The notes: generated by a model not told the origin, from the letters alone. A stretch of DNA of 62,871 nt, filler included, from Licmophora abbreviata (GCA_900291995.1; 35 parts of 35 records of this genome joined end to end with filler, not necessarily neighbours in it); one strand, 5' to 3'. Positions 47,774 to 59,598 are shown, counted from the whole stretch's first letter. Program-made: numbers and translations.

Positions 47774-48925
47774 TCACGCATCAAGACACTCCCGGACAGT
47801 TTGCACGGAGAGTAGGGCGAGTTCTGAATCACTGTATTCGCGTTGGGCTGCGCCCGGGACGGACTTGAGGGATTTCGTAATGAATCGAGGAACGCCACGA
47901 TACAACCATTCGCCACGTTTGGCACCGCTCTTGTAGTAGGCATTTTCAATGAACGCTTCTGCTATACATTTTTCGGACCATTCCACAAGGCGTTTCCTGA
48001 GGCGAGGAAACATTACGTGATTCGCCGAACACATGTCAGGCTTCTGACCAGACTTTATGAAGGGAGTACATTGCTGGCGGCATGCCTCTTCCATTCTGGA
48101 ATCGGCCTGCGCACCGAAAGGAAGGTTGACTTCGAGGCCGGAGAACTGACGTAGCATGTCCTGAGCAAGTAGGGTGGAGACAACCTCATGAAAGATTCGC
48201 TCGTCGAAGAGTATCAAGGAATAGGCTGGGACAGTGACGTCTACGGTATAACGTGCCACAGCCGCCTTTTCGTCCTTGTTGAGTCGAAACTGACAAAAAC
48301 CACCTGACACACGAACTTTTTCCGTGCGAGACTCGCACCAACGACGTTGTGCAGCGCGCAGTTGCTCCGTGGGCGTGAAGGCAGTCCCTGGCACACACCG
48401 GAAGGTCTGAGGCTGGGATCCAAGTACGAGCCAAGAGCCATACATGGTCGCTCCATGATGAACCTTGGGGGAAATATCTTGGTGATAACTTTCGCCACTG
48501 GGCTTTTGCGCATGACGGACGTTTGTTCCGCGACGAAAGGCAATTCGATCCATGTGGGCAAGTACGCGTGTCTCTTCCTTCACTAGTCCCTCTTGAACAA
48601 GCACTTGGAGCTGTTCCTGGAGCATGACGGCACGAGTTTCACGCGCGGCATCCGAATGGAATGTCGACGGCTGTCCAAGAAAGGAAGTGCCGCCCAGGTG
48701 AGCCTGTTCCCCCATCGCCAGACGCCAGCCAGGTTTCATTTCAGGGGCCGTATCCAACGCGTCGAGGTGTTTTCCCTCTAGAGTTCGAGCTTTGACCCTC
48801 AATTCCTGATTTTCGATGACTCGGACTCCGTGTTCCGCGAGAGTGTAGGCATGAGGATCGTCTGGTGTGACTCGCGGCGCATCCTCCGCCAGGCGCAACA
48901 CATGGCGGATATACGGACTGATCAT
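47774..48925 (-). CDS. Intronless PhyH-like 2OG-Fe(II) dioxygenase
   Basis: HxD (SYHQD), CVPGT, V.VP..SLILF, distal His (FHEV) and Arg (LRQF). Confidence 0.65.
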   Translation of the reverse strand: MISPYIRHVLRLAEDAPRVTPDDPHAYTLAEHGVRVIENQELRVKARTLEGKHLDALDTAPEMKPGWRLAMGEQAHLGGTSFLGQPSTFHSDAARETRAVMLQEQLQVLVQEGLVKEETRVLAHMDRIAFRRGTNVRHAQKPSGESYHQDISPKVHHGATMYGSWLVLGSQPQTFRCVPGTAFTPTEQLRAAQRRWCESRTEKVRVSGGFCQFRLNKDEKAAVARYTVDVTVPAYSLILFDERIFHEVVSTLLAQDMLRQFSGLEVNLPFGAQADSRMEEACRQQCTPFIKSGQKPDMCSANHVMFPRLRKRLVEWSEKCIAEAFIENAYYKSGAKRGEWLYRGVPRFITKSLKSVPGAAQREYSDSELALLSVQTVRECLDA

Positions 48926-49236
48926 TGTCGTTTCGATTCGCTCCGATTCTCATTGTTGCTTCAAAAGCTTGACTTCAGTTGGATAGAACGAACACATGAC
49001 GACTGATGCCACAACTGTGTGCTTTGTTCACCGGCGGCGTCTTGCGTGTGTACGCCTTCAGTTTGTAGAGTCATCATCCATTCTATCATACTACGAGTAC
49101 TAGTACGATGATATGTTGGTCTATGTCTGTTTCGTTNNNNNNNNNNNNNNNNNNNNNNNNNNNNNNNNNNNNNNNNNNNNTTAATTAATTAANNNNNNNN
49201 NNNNNNNNNNNNNNNNNNNNNNNNNNNNNNNNNNNN

Positions 49237-49440
49237 ACATTCACAATTGCAATAGAGAATGAGTCTGACATCGATTCCGTTACGATTCGAAGTCTCGTCG
49301 ACGAGGTTCATGGTGATCTGGATGGGAAGGGAATATGCCAGATCCCACAAGTCATTCTACCAGGACAGACGTACACATGCTCGTACACACAGAACGTGCA
49401 GCCCAGCGAGCCAGGCGGCCTGGTAGTAGCTACAGTCATC
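49237..49440 (+). pseudogene. Truncated copy of the adhesin-like repeat domain seen at 56132-57744
   Basis: FTIAIENES..DSVTIRSLVDEVHGDLDGKGIC...ILPGQTYTCSY; similarity stops before the SG.DDEG motif. Confidence 0.65.
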
Positions 49441-49733
49441 ATACCTCCTGGTTCAGTAGGGGTGGTTCATGCTTCTACAGGGAATGACGTAGAACCAGTA
49501 CCGGTGTTTGATCCTACGGGTTGGGCCGGTAGGGCGACACAAAGAACACTGCTTGGAGCTTCCAGGAACAGTCGATTCAAGAGGTGACTTTTTTCAAGTT
49601 CTCACCTTTCGAGAAAGCAAAGTCCTTTGATTGCACTAGATGAAGACATGCCGATGAGGTATGTGACCATAAAATGTGCATTATCTTACTCACTACTCAT
49701 ATCTTGCATCTAATGTGTACTCTGTATACTTCA

Positions 49734-50872
49734 TTAGGCGTTCGTGGAACCGCAAGCTTCGTTCGGCTTTCCAGAGCACGGGAACTGGGTGTGTTTGAGG
49801 TCCGGCCACTTGGCACTAAAGGTCTGCTCATTGGAGTTACAGTGGTTCTGGAAGCAACCGACAATTGGAGGGGAATACTTGTTCATGAACTTGCGGGCTC
49901 CTTCCGTGAGAGTGGGCTGGCCTTTGGATTCGTAGTCGTCGACAATGGACTTGACAATTCGCCACTTTTCGAGAGTCGTTTTCTTTCCCTTTTTCAACTC
50001 GAGACGGAGAGGATAGCCGGCTTCTCCCTCGCCACGCTTACGCTTCTTTGCAGGTTCCTTCGCAGATTCGACGGGAAGAACAGGTGCAAGGGCAAGAGCG
50101 TGCTGTTGTGTATTCGTGATGCCCGAGACATACATTTTGATCGCATTTCGAAAGAGAGCTGCCTTTTCGGGATCGACTGTGTTAAGCAGTTGCTCCAATG
50201 TTGCTTGCGGATCATGTTTTCGGCGCCACTCGTGAGCACGCTTCAGCAGGAAGAGAGGATCGTGAAGATTCGGGTGCGTCGGCGGAACTACCAAGCGATG
50301 GAAGACGAAGTCCTGTGCCAGCTCGATGACGGGCTTCTGGTATGGAATCGAGGGGGAGTTCAGCTGTCGGAGGTTGCCGTCGCTTTCCCGGAGGACGCAC
50401 TTCCACTTCTCGGAGACGTACTCGAGGGGGTCATTGTGAATTGAAGCGAGTTCTTTCAACGACATTGCGTCAAGGCGGTACTTTTCTGCGTGTTCCAGTG
50501 TCTTGTGACGTGCCGCCTTCATAATGTCGGCCATATCACCGTTGCCCCATATCGCAAAGAGGTATGCCGACTTTCGAAAGCTATGCGTGCCCAGCTTGAC
50601 GTCTGGCTTGTTGAGAACTGTTTCAAACATTTTCTGGAGCTTTTCCATGATCTTCCAATATTTGACGTGTGTCCTGCAGATGCCATCATCAGGCATCTGG
50701 TGGAGCTCCCCGTCTGCTGGAAAGAGGAAGCCACCCTTGATGCCCGTGAGGAAGATATAAGCAAAAAAGTGGCGGAGAGGGCAGAACTCAGGGAACTCTT
50801 CGTCTTCCCACAGCGTCACATGGACAGGGAGAGGATCACTTTTGCCTTGAACCCGAAAGACCAAGCCGTGGA
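49734..50872 (-). mobile_element. Tyrosine recombinase of a Crypton-like DNA transposon (5'-truncated)
   Basis: K (QGKSD), CPL, LFP, HSFRK (HxxR), ARH and catalytic Tyr (AEKY); no RT on the contig. Confidence 0.8.
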
Positions 50873-53078
50873 NNNNNNNNNNNNNNNNNNNNNNNNNNNN
50901 NNNNNNNNNNNNNNNNTTAATTAATTAANNNNNNNNNNNNNNNNNNNNNNNNNNNNNNNNNNNNNNNNNNNNACCTGCAATGGTTTAAGCAAGAGGACCT
51001 GTTCTGCAGGAACGTAAGAATCTTTTGGCGGTCAAGATGGTGCTGACACAATTCATGTTCCTTTCGCTGGTCAACACTCTCTGTCTCGTATCGAAATTAG
51101 TTTGCTTTTTAACATCAATTTTATTCAACATGTCTTTATGAGTGAGATGTGTTTCTACTGATGCTTCAAGAAGCCTTTGGTGCTCATGGAAGCCTCATGA
51201 ATGTTGGCGTCGTCTCGTGCGTATGCTGAATCAGGTTGCGCGCACAGATGCCCACATCGTCGTGAGCCAGGGCTGGTCTACGAATCGGATGCATTGACGT
51301 TGGTATCATCGTTGATCATTTCACTCTCGCCCAAGTGACCATTTCGCCACCGGAACATAGTTAACATCACGTACGCTCTTCCTCCGACCGCCTACGTTGG
51401 AATGTTGCTCTCGAATCGTACTCTTCTGCTGAAACCCTGAGTGTCATTATCGCACGATCTTCCAGTAGTCGTTGTACTCTGATTCCGTTGTTTGAAATTC
51501 CATTTTGATAGCAATTGAAACATTGACATTGACGAAACATAGTGCGTGATCAGTGTGCCGATGAAGGTTCAGTCGATCAACCTGGTTCGGACGTGCACTA
51601 TGTGTTCTTTGTCGACCGCGACGTGGTCGACTCCAACTATCGTTGCGGTCACCAGCTCGACACACGCCCTTCCACGTTGACGCGGATGCATCGTCGGATA
51701 CGCGTTCATGGAGCGGCACGCTCATTCCTTCTATGATACGAGGCGTCTCTCCAGGATATTATCTGGATTGCCCACGTGGCGATTGACCATGTTGTGTCGA
51801 GGGTTGCCACACGTTAGTCTGAGTCGCTTGAGTTGCTTTCGAAATCTCCCCGAAACCCACTTTTGCGGAGCTGTTCTCTGCCGATTCCGGCACTGTGTTG
51901 TCGGTCGCGCGACGCCACAGATGCATCGATGTTGTCTTGATTTCGCTGATCGGGAATACACAGGGATGATATGATTATGCTTCCTTCGAGGATGAACGTT
52001 GGCTGCTTATCCACCAGACAGCGTCTCCCGGTGGATCGAGTTCCCACTGTTGTGCTGTTGAGTCCCTCAAGGCTGTCGGAACGGACTCGGTGATGCTGAG
52101 ATATTGAATATCTCCTTGGCAAGCGTTGAATGCTGTAGTAGCTGTCACATCAAACTCTTATGGTCGAAGCTGTTCCAGGCGGCGACTCTCTGTATCATAC
52201 ACATTGGAGGCGTGCATTTGGGACTCGAATGAGTGCGTCGTCCTAGCTTTATCATTCTGTTCAAAGGGCGACAGGGGACAGGGGCGACCACATCAATCTT
52301 CATCGAGCAACATCATGCTGTTGAATGTCTCATCTATCATCTTCCCTCTGATATTTTTTTCGAACTGTGGCCACATAAAAGTCTTCAGATACCTTTTAGT
52401 ATTATGATGCAGTCAAGTACACGTGCAAGCACTACGTTAAGTAGTATTCTGGTTCAAATTTTGTAAAGTACAGCATTCTCTTTATAGAAGATACGTTTGT
52501 GTTGTTGTAATGGTCACACTGCTTCCTACAAATACCCATAGTAAAACCGTGAGTGGTATTATATAACATCTAGGACAGTAGAACGTATATCATTTTNNNN
52601 NNNNNNNNNNNNNNNNNNNNNNNNNNNNNNNNNNNNNNNNTTAATTAATTAANNNNNNNNNNNNNNNNNNNNNNNNNNNNNNNNNNNNNNNNNNNNGAAC
52701 GAGCGCACCATGTTTCCTTCGTTCGCTGACCGACAGACCCGGGGATGGAGAGATTGATGACGACGATCCGATTTTCGCGATGTGTGGGATGCCCAGCGAA
52801 ATTGGGGAAGAGCGCGCGTGGCAAGCGGGGTAAATAACGTAAACTTAACGGTATCCGACGCGACAGGGACCGTCGTTGTTGTTCTCGTTCGTTTTCTCCT
52901 CCTTTAGGGGATGGGCTTCACGACAACATTGAACAGTTGCCATCGATCGCTATGATGCATAGTCTACTCACAGACTCGTTAGTTCCTTCCCGCAACGTGT
53001 CTGCTAGGGCAATTTAAAAGAAATCATAGCTTAATTGTGACGTATAGCTCTCTTACGCAAATAATAGCACAGCATGAT

Positions 53079-54119
53079 CTACACTCGATCCGGACATCCA
53101 GTCGTTTGAATTCGTCCCTCTTGGAGCGCCAGATCAGCTAGCGAGTTATACTTGCGCCCATACGGAGGACTCTGAAAGTCGTTGTGGTACTGATGGTACA
53201 CTTCTGCCTGATAAAAGGGAAACTGGTTGGAGTCGTACACGTAAATCAGCTTCTTGCCAAGCGTATCGGGGTCATTTCCATTTCCTTGTTCGAGTTTGAA
53301 GCCCTTGGCCATTCCAGCTTCTTCGACTTCGGGATACATCGGATGCTTCGTTCCGCCAGGCAGGCCCAGAAGAGAGCTGGAGTAGAGAAATGAAAGGACA
53401 GAGAGATGAGTCGGGCTCCACGAGTCAATAGCTTAGCTCCAGTCTTTCCCCCTTGACTCACCGATATTCCGAGCCTCGATCGCCCGGGTCTACTCGCTCT
53501 ATACAGTGCAGGGGGGAATAGATTGTCAAAGGACATGAGCTGCAGCATCGTCCAAGCATAATTCACCATCTATCTGACACTCGACGTGGATTACATGGAC
53601 ATACCTCCCTTGGGACTAAAGAGCGAAAAGTACACCTTGGCAAAGTCTCCAATGGACTGCTGGGGGAGAGTCATTCCCACTACTTCACCGTGACCCAGTC
53701 TTCCATAATCGGCGACTCCCTGTAGATTGTGATAGCACACTCTTCCTTCCGAACCCACTTTCTTTCCACCAGCATAGCCTGCCTTGGAGGTGAGCTGGTG
53801 ATCATCGCGGCCCAGCAACTCTCGCTCGGCGTCAATGAACTCGTGCTGAATGTGCCAGAAGCATCCCACGCCGAAATACACATCCTCAGTTACTGTTGCG
53901 GTTGTATCGTCGGCAAGTGCTGGAGGAACGCCTCGGAACATGATCGCAGCAGCGGTGGTGAGGGCGGATCCAAGAAGGGTACCGCCGACTGGTCGCCTGG
54001 ACCAGTTTCTCCGCAGGATTCACTCTGACATTGCTTTTACCACTAGAAGAGGACGAAGAATAGGCCAGAGCGGAGGCAGCGAGTGCTGCAAAGTAAAGGA
54101 GAACAAGCTTCGAGTTCAT
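53079..54119 (-). CDS. MsrA-like methionine sulfoxide reductase, plastid/thylakoid-targeted; introns 53499-53604 and 53377-53461; frameshift near 53980
   Basis: YFGVGCFW, GYAGG, GHGEVV, DRGSEYRS, FYQAEVYHQYH; signal peptide plus RR-hydrophobic-ALA leader. Confidence 0.85.
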
Positions 54120-54411
54120 GGTGGTATTGAAGATGTGTTGTGTTCACACGTCGTCGTGTCGTGATGGACTTAGTTTCGTTAGAAAATTCCTGACGCATTC
54201 ATGTTTCTATGATAGTACCGTGTGACGGAAGGACTGATATGTGAAGAGAGTTCGCAGAGGAGAGCTCGCGGTCATTTTGGCTGGAGACGAATTGGTGCCC
54301 TATTTTTTTTTNNNNNNNNNNNNNNNNNNNNNNNNNNNNNNNNNNNNNNNNNNNNTTAATTAATTAANNNNNNNNNNNNNNNNNNNNNNNNNNNNNNNNN
54401 NNNNNNNNNNN

Positions 54412-55880
54412 TGGCCGCGGCCCAAGGCGATGCCGAATCTCGCCACAACGTGCGACGGACCCTGCTCCACAACATTGACGGTGTCTTCCGCCCGCTCCAA
54501 GTCGGCGACCCGCCCGCGCGCAAAGAACCAATTTCCGTCAAGAAGCTCAAACAAGGCGACGCCTCCTGGTCGACGCAGAAAGAAGTGCTTGGATGGCTCA
54601 TAGACACTAACGCTATGACCATCCGCCTCACCGACCGTCGCCAGGAGCGCCTCCATACGCTCTTGCACCAAGATGTACCCCGTACACGACGACGGATTAC
54701 CGTCCAAGACTACCACAAGCTCCTAGGCGAACTGCGTTCTATGACCTTAGCTCTACCTGGAGCTCGAGGCCTGTTCTCAGTCCTCCAAGAAGCCCTCCGC
54801 CACGTCCTTCCCGATTCACGACTGCGCATCTCCGAAGACGTCCACCACACTCTGGACCACTTCCGCCAGTTGCACTCGAACCTGCATGCGCGACCTACGC
54901 GCATCGCCGAGCTAGTCCCCCTGACGCCCACCGTACACGGCTGTCACGACGCCGCCGCCTCCGGCGCCGGGGGCATCCTGCTCCCGACATCTACAGCAGT
55001 GCCACGCGCCGCTTCGCTGCGCACCGCTGCAACCCAGCGCCGAATACACCACACCGCAGGGCCCGTAGTCTGGCGCATGCCTTTCCCATCGCGCATCGCC
55101 GACAACCTCGCCAGCTTTGCCAATCCCCAAGGTGCCATCACCAACACAGATCTCGAGCTTGTCGGCAGCATCATCCAATCCGCGGCCGCCTCCGACTGTT
55201 TCGACCTCCGCGAGCGCACACATCTCCAGCGTACCGACAACCTCGGTACCATGTACTGGCAACGCAAGGGCTCCACCACTACCCTCAAGCCCGCTTCCCA
55301 GCTCTTGCGGTACCAAGCAGCCCACCAGCGTTTCCACCGACATGTCACGGTCCATGACTACATCCCCGGACCGGAGAACCAACCTGCCGATGATGCCTCT
55401 CGCCTTCAACACCTGTCAAACTCACAGTTTTTGCGCCATTTTGACACTCACTACCCGCAGACTCTCTCCTGGCGACTTTGGACCCCGCCACCAGAGCTGC
55501 GTTCCTGGCTGATCTCCGCGCTGCAGACCACGCCGTCAGCTTCGGCGTTACCCCTTCCCGCTCCTCCGCCGCCGATACCCACTGGGAGCTTTGGGCCGAC
55601 TTCTGCACCGAACTGGCCGTCGACCCTCTTCTCCAAGGCGTCGCCGACAAGGTCACCCTCCTCCAAGTCTATCTCCACCGCTACCGAACCGGTGTCCTTG
55701 CTCCCCGCGGACGTGCCGTCCGAGCCCGGACAGCTGAGGATGCCATACGGTCGGTTGGCCAAACGTTCGCTGCGATGGGGTCCTCGGACCCACGTCTCAC
55801 TCTCCAAGGCGGCCTGGATTTCCGCCTTGCCCGTCAACTCCGCTATTACAAGAAGCAAGACCCGCCCCCTGACCGAGTAA
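54412..55880 (+). mobile_element. DIRS/Ngaro-type pol: RT C-terminus plus RNase H
   Basis: EVLGWLIDT RT tail; RNase H D-E-D-D (HDAA..GAGG, DLEL, TDN, N..ADDASR). Confidence 0.88.
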
Positions 55881-56031
55881 AACCGGTCCCTCTTACGGTT
55901 CTTCGATGGGTGTTGCACTCCGCAGCGCATTCGCACCGTCCCAGCACGGTCGCGATCGCTGACATGATCGCACTCGCCTTCTTCTTCTTGCTGCGCCCCG
56001 GCGAGTACACCGCCACACCTTCTGACACGAC
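55478..56031 (+). mobile_element. Tyrosine recombinase ORF of the same element, overlapping pol in another frame
   Basis: SAM-like N-terminus (W..FC), DPP..RVKPVP, AFFFLLRPGEY with the first catalytic Arg. Confidence 0.88.
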
Positions 56032-56131
56032 NNNNNNNNNNNNNNNNNNNNNNNNNNNNNNNNNNNNNNNNNNNNTTAATTAATTAANNNNNNNNNNNNN
56101 NNNNNNNNNNNNNNNNNNNNNNNNNNNNNNN

Positions 56132-57744
56132 GGTCATGTACGATGCTGATCCTGATACCATATTCGCGCCCGGACAAACAGTGAAGTTCACCGTGGTCAT
56201 CGACAACAACTCGGACCCGACCGATCCCGTCACCATACTGTCTCTCCTGTCTGACACGTTCGGAAACCTGGACGGGCAGGGTGACTGCGCTGACAACATT
56301 GTGATCCAGCCTGGGGACGATTACTCTTGTATGTTCACGAGGGAAGTCACTGGCGACGCGGGCGACGTATTGACAGACACTGTGACTGCCTCCGGAACAG
56401 ATGATGAGGGAGCAGGTGTCTCCAATGCGGATGACACATCCGTCAAAATCACGGCAGCTCCGACTCCCGCACCGACGTCGAATGTAAGTCTCAATTTGAT
56501 ATTCTTTGGCAGTGTGGTTCGCCTGCTTTGTTTCGGTACTTGATCTGATTTGTGTGAGCATTGCCTTTTGACCTGCGACAAACCACAGCCAACGCTCCCG
56601 TCAACTCCTTGGCCGACACGCAAGCCCACTCCGAAGCCAACACCCGATCCCACCCCAGTGCCCACCCCAGTGCCCGAGGATTCTCCGAAGATCAAGCTGG
56701 AGTACGTGGTTACACCCAAGTTCGTGTACGCACCCGGAGGGCCTGTCAAGCTGAAGATCTACATCGAGAATCTCTCCAATCCCACAGATCCCGTCACTAT
56801 CACGTCTCTTGTGTCTGATAAGTTCGGCAACCTCGCCGGAATGGGTGACTGTGCGGTCAACATCGTGATACTGCCTGGCGAAGAATATTTCTGTAGTTTC
56901 ACGGAACAGATCGCGGGCAGCCCGGGAGAGACCTGGAATGACAAGGCAACCGCTTCTGGGGCAGACGACGAGGGACAGTCAGTTTCTGACTATGACATCG
57001 CCGCGGTACAGATCCAAGCGGTCCCAACGCCCGAGCCGACGTCCGACCCGACACCAAACGTAAGTTCATTCACGGGTAGGGTGTTGGTGGTTTGTGTACA
57101 TGTGTGCGACCTTTTGACATATCTGGCAACTGTTCCTCTTCCGTGATGGCGACCCGATACAGCCGACGCCGTACCCAACGGAGGAAAACCCTGGAATCAT
57201 GGTCACGTACTCAGTCAATCCTGAATCCATTTTCGAGCCAGGCAGCGAAGTGATGTTTTCCGTTCTTGTCAAAAATACTTCAGGACCGAGCGACCCCGTT
57301 ACCATCAAGAGCTTCGTCTCGGACACATTCGGTAGCCTAGAGAGTGACTGCAACGTAGGAGAAGTGATTCCACCCGGCGGTGAATACTCCTGCTCATTCA
57401 AGATAGAACTCGAGGGAACCGCCAATCAAATCCTTGGCGATGATGTGACAGTCTCGGGGATGGATGACGAGGGTACGCCTGTCAGCGACAGTGACAGTAC
57501 TTTGGTCGAAGTGATTGCGGCGCCAACGGCCCCGCCGACCCCATACGTGAGTGCCGTGCAGTGCTGCGGTCGCAGATAGCGCTCCGAGTCTTCTAGTACG
57601 AGTAGTGATTAGGCTTGCTCAGTTGACGAGTTCTCTCTCTCACCCGATGAATTCTGCCTAATAAATTTCACAGCCGACACGACCACCGACTCCGTATCCC
57701 ACTCGTCAACCCACCCCTGTGCCTGAGGACCCCCCGAAGATCAC
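56132..57744 (+). CDS. Extracellular repeat protein: three DUF7507/CshA-like domains with PT linkers; introns 56484-56588, 57060-57162, 57547-57673
   Basis: Repeat PG..V.F.V...N.S...DPVTI.S..SD.FG.L...C....I.PG..Y.C.F...SG.DDEG..VS..D; all three GT-AG introns are phase 0 and lie in the PT linker. Confidence 0.85.
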
Positions 57745-57844
57745 NNNNNNNNNNNNNNNNNNNNNNNNNNNNNNNNNNNNNNNNNNNNTTAATTAATTAA
57801 NNNNNNNNNNNNNNNNNNNNNNNNNNNNNNNNNNNNNNNNNNNN

Positions 57845-59301
57845 CCCCCACTGCTACTCCTGGTACAAGAACGAGCGACTCCTCTTCCTTCCTCGCACGC
57901 CCCTCCTCCATTCCATTCACCTTTTGGATCCTCGGACTGTTGAACAATGCCAGTTATGTCATTATGCTCGCTTCCGCCAAGAGCATCTCCGAAGGCGGCG
58001 TCGCACTCGTCTTTCTCGCCAACATTGTGCCCTCCCTCTCCATCAAACTCTCCGCGCCCTACTGGTTCGATCACGTCGGATATCACGCTCGAATCATGAG
58101 TTCTGCTGTCCTCATGGCCAGTGGCTTTGGACTGGTGGCGGTGAGCAATCATCACGTTCTTTGGGAACTCTGTGGAGTGGCATTGGCGTCGGCGCAGTGT
58201 GGATTGGGGGAGGCGTCGCTGCTGGCACTGGCGGGGCGGTGTGATGCGCACCTGACTAGGACTACTTGTAGTACACAACAATCATCAGAGAGTACTACTA
58301 CTTCTAGCAGCAGCAGCAGCTCTTGCATTACTTGCTTTTCGTCGGGCACGGGCTTGGCGGGAGTCTTTGGCTTTCTGTGGAAGTTTGTGTGGAACGAGTG
58401 GTTGGGATTGACGCTGCAACAGACACTCTGGATGGCTCTTCTGCTTGCAGTCTTCTACGGCTACGTCTATCGGAAGTTTCTGTGGCAAGAAGAAATCATG
58501 CCGGGGGAGGTTTTGAAGGAAGGAGTAGAACAAGAAGGAGTACTGTCGAACAATCATCACCTTGGAGGAGTGCGATATCAGACGGCGCCGCTTTCGATGG
58601 AAGACGGCGACGATGATCAGGAGGAGAACCACGAGCATGTCGACTGCTCGGACGCGAACGATGAACGCTGGCGCAACGAGCCATCACTACTAGATCAAGA
58701 CGATACGACCACTACACATACACCTCCACCGCAACTTGTGGAGGAAATGTCTACCTACCAACGATTTCAACTCGTCTTGAGTCTATATCCCTACACGATT
58801 CCACTGTTTCTGGTCTATGCCGCCGAGTACTCGTTGCAGGCAGGAACATGGACTGCCATTGGTTTTCCTGTGGACAGTGTTGAGGCGCGAGACAAGTTTT
58901 ACGAATACAGCAACTGGATGTACCAGGCAGGTGTCTTTGTCTCGCGATCGTCCGGTACACTCTATACAGCACCACTCTCGGTCTTATGGCTCATGCCCCT
59001 GCTACAATGTGTCAATGTTGTAGTCTTTTGGTGGATTGCTGCAAGTCACGTGTGGTACAACTATACACTACTGGTTCCATGCTTTTATGTGGGACTTCTT
59101 GGGGGCGCAGTCTACGTCAATGGCTATACAAGAATATGTGCGGATATGCCGCTGGAGCATCGCGAGTTTGCACTGAGTAGTACAAGCGTGGCGGAGGGCC
59201 TTGGAGTCATGGTGGCGGATGCAGCGGGGCTATTCTTACAAAGTTGTCTGTATCAAGTGAATGGGATCAGGGGGGCGGTAGTCTCGTGTCCGGTACGATG
59301 A
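57845..59301 (+). CDS. CLN3: Battenin / CLN3 (Btn1) lysosomal membrane protein
   Basis: FWILGLLNN..YVIML, GLGEASLL, SSGTGLAG, PLFLVYAAEY, YQAGVFVSRSS, GLLGGAVYVN, REFAL. Confidence 0.95.
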
Positions 59302-59554
59302 GTATGATGCATTGTACGTGCGGCCGTACCTGTATCGAGTTTAACATGCTGGTACGAGAACAAGACCAAAGCGCGAAGACCGATGAACTGACAACGGAAC
59401 GGCGAATGGAAAAGTGCAAAGGGTTGAGATTGCGCTGAAGACGAGCGATAGCGTNNNNNNNNNNNNNNNNNNNNNNNNNNNNNNNNNNNNNNNNNNNNTT
59501 AATTAATTAANNNNNNNNNNNNNNNNNNNNNNNNNNNNNNNNNNNNNNNNNNNN

Positions 59555-59564
59555 CACTCCTGTG
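59555..59564 (-). promoter_or_regulatory. Probable plus-strand primer (PPT-equivalent) just before the missing 3' LTR
   Basis: CACAGGAGTG lies 34 nt after the pol stop and the contig ends on it; from recollection, diatom copia 3' LTRs (TGTTG) follow this motif. Confidence 0.5.
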
Positions 59565-59598
59565 GAATATCCATAAGTTTATGGGTAGACCATGAAGT

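Noticed and set aside
50973..52596. Short ORFs on this contig
   Set aside because: No recognisable motif or consistent frame; probably intergenic or decayed sequence.
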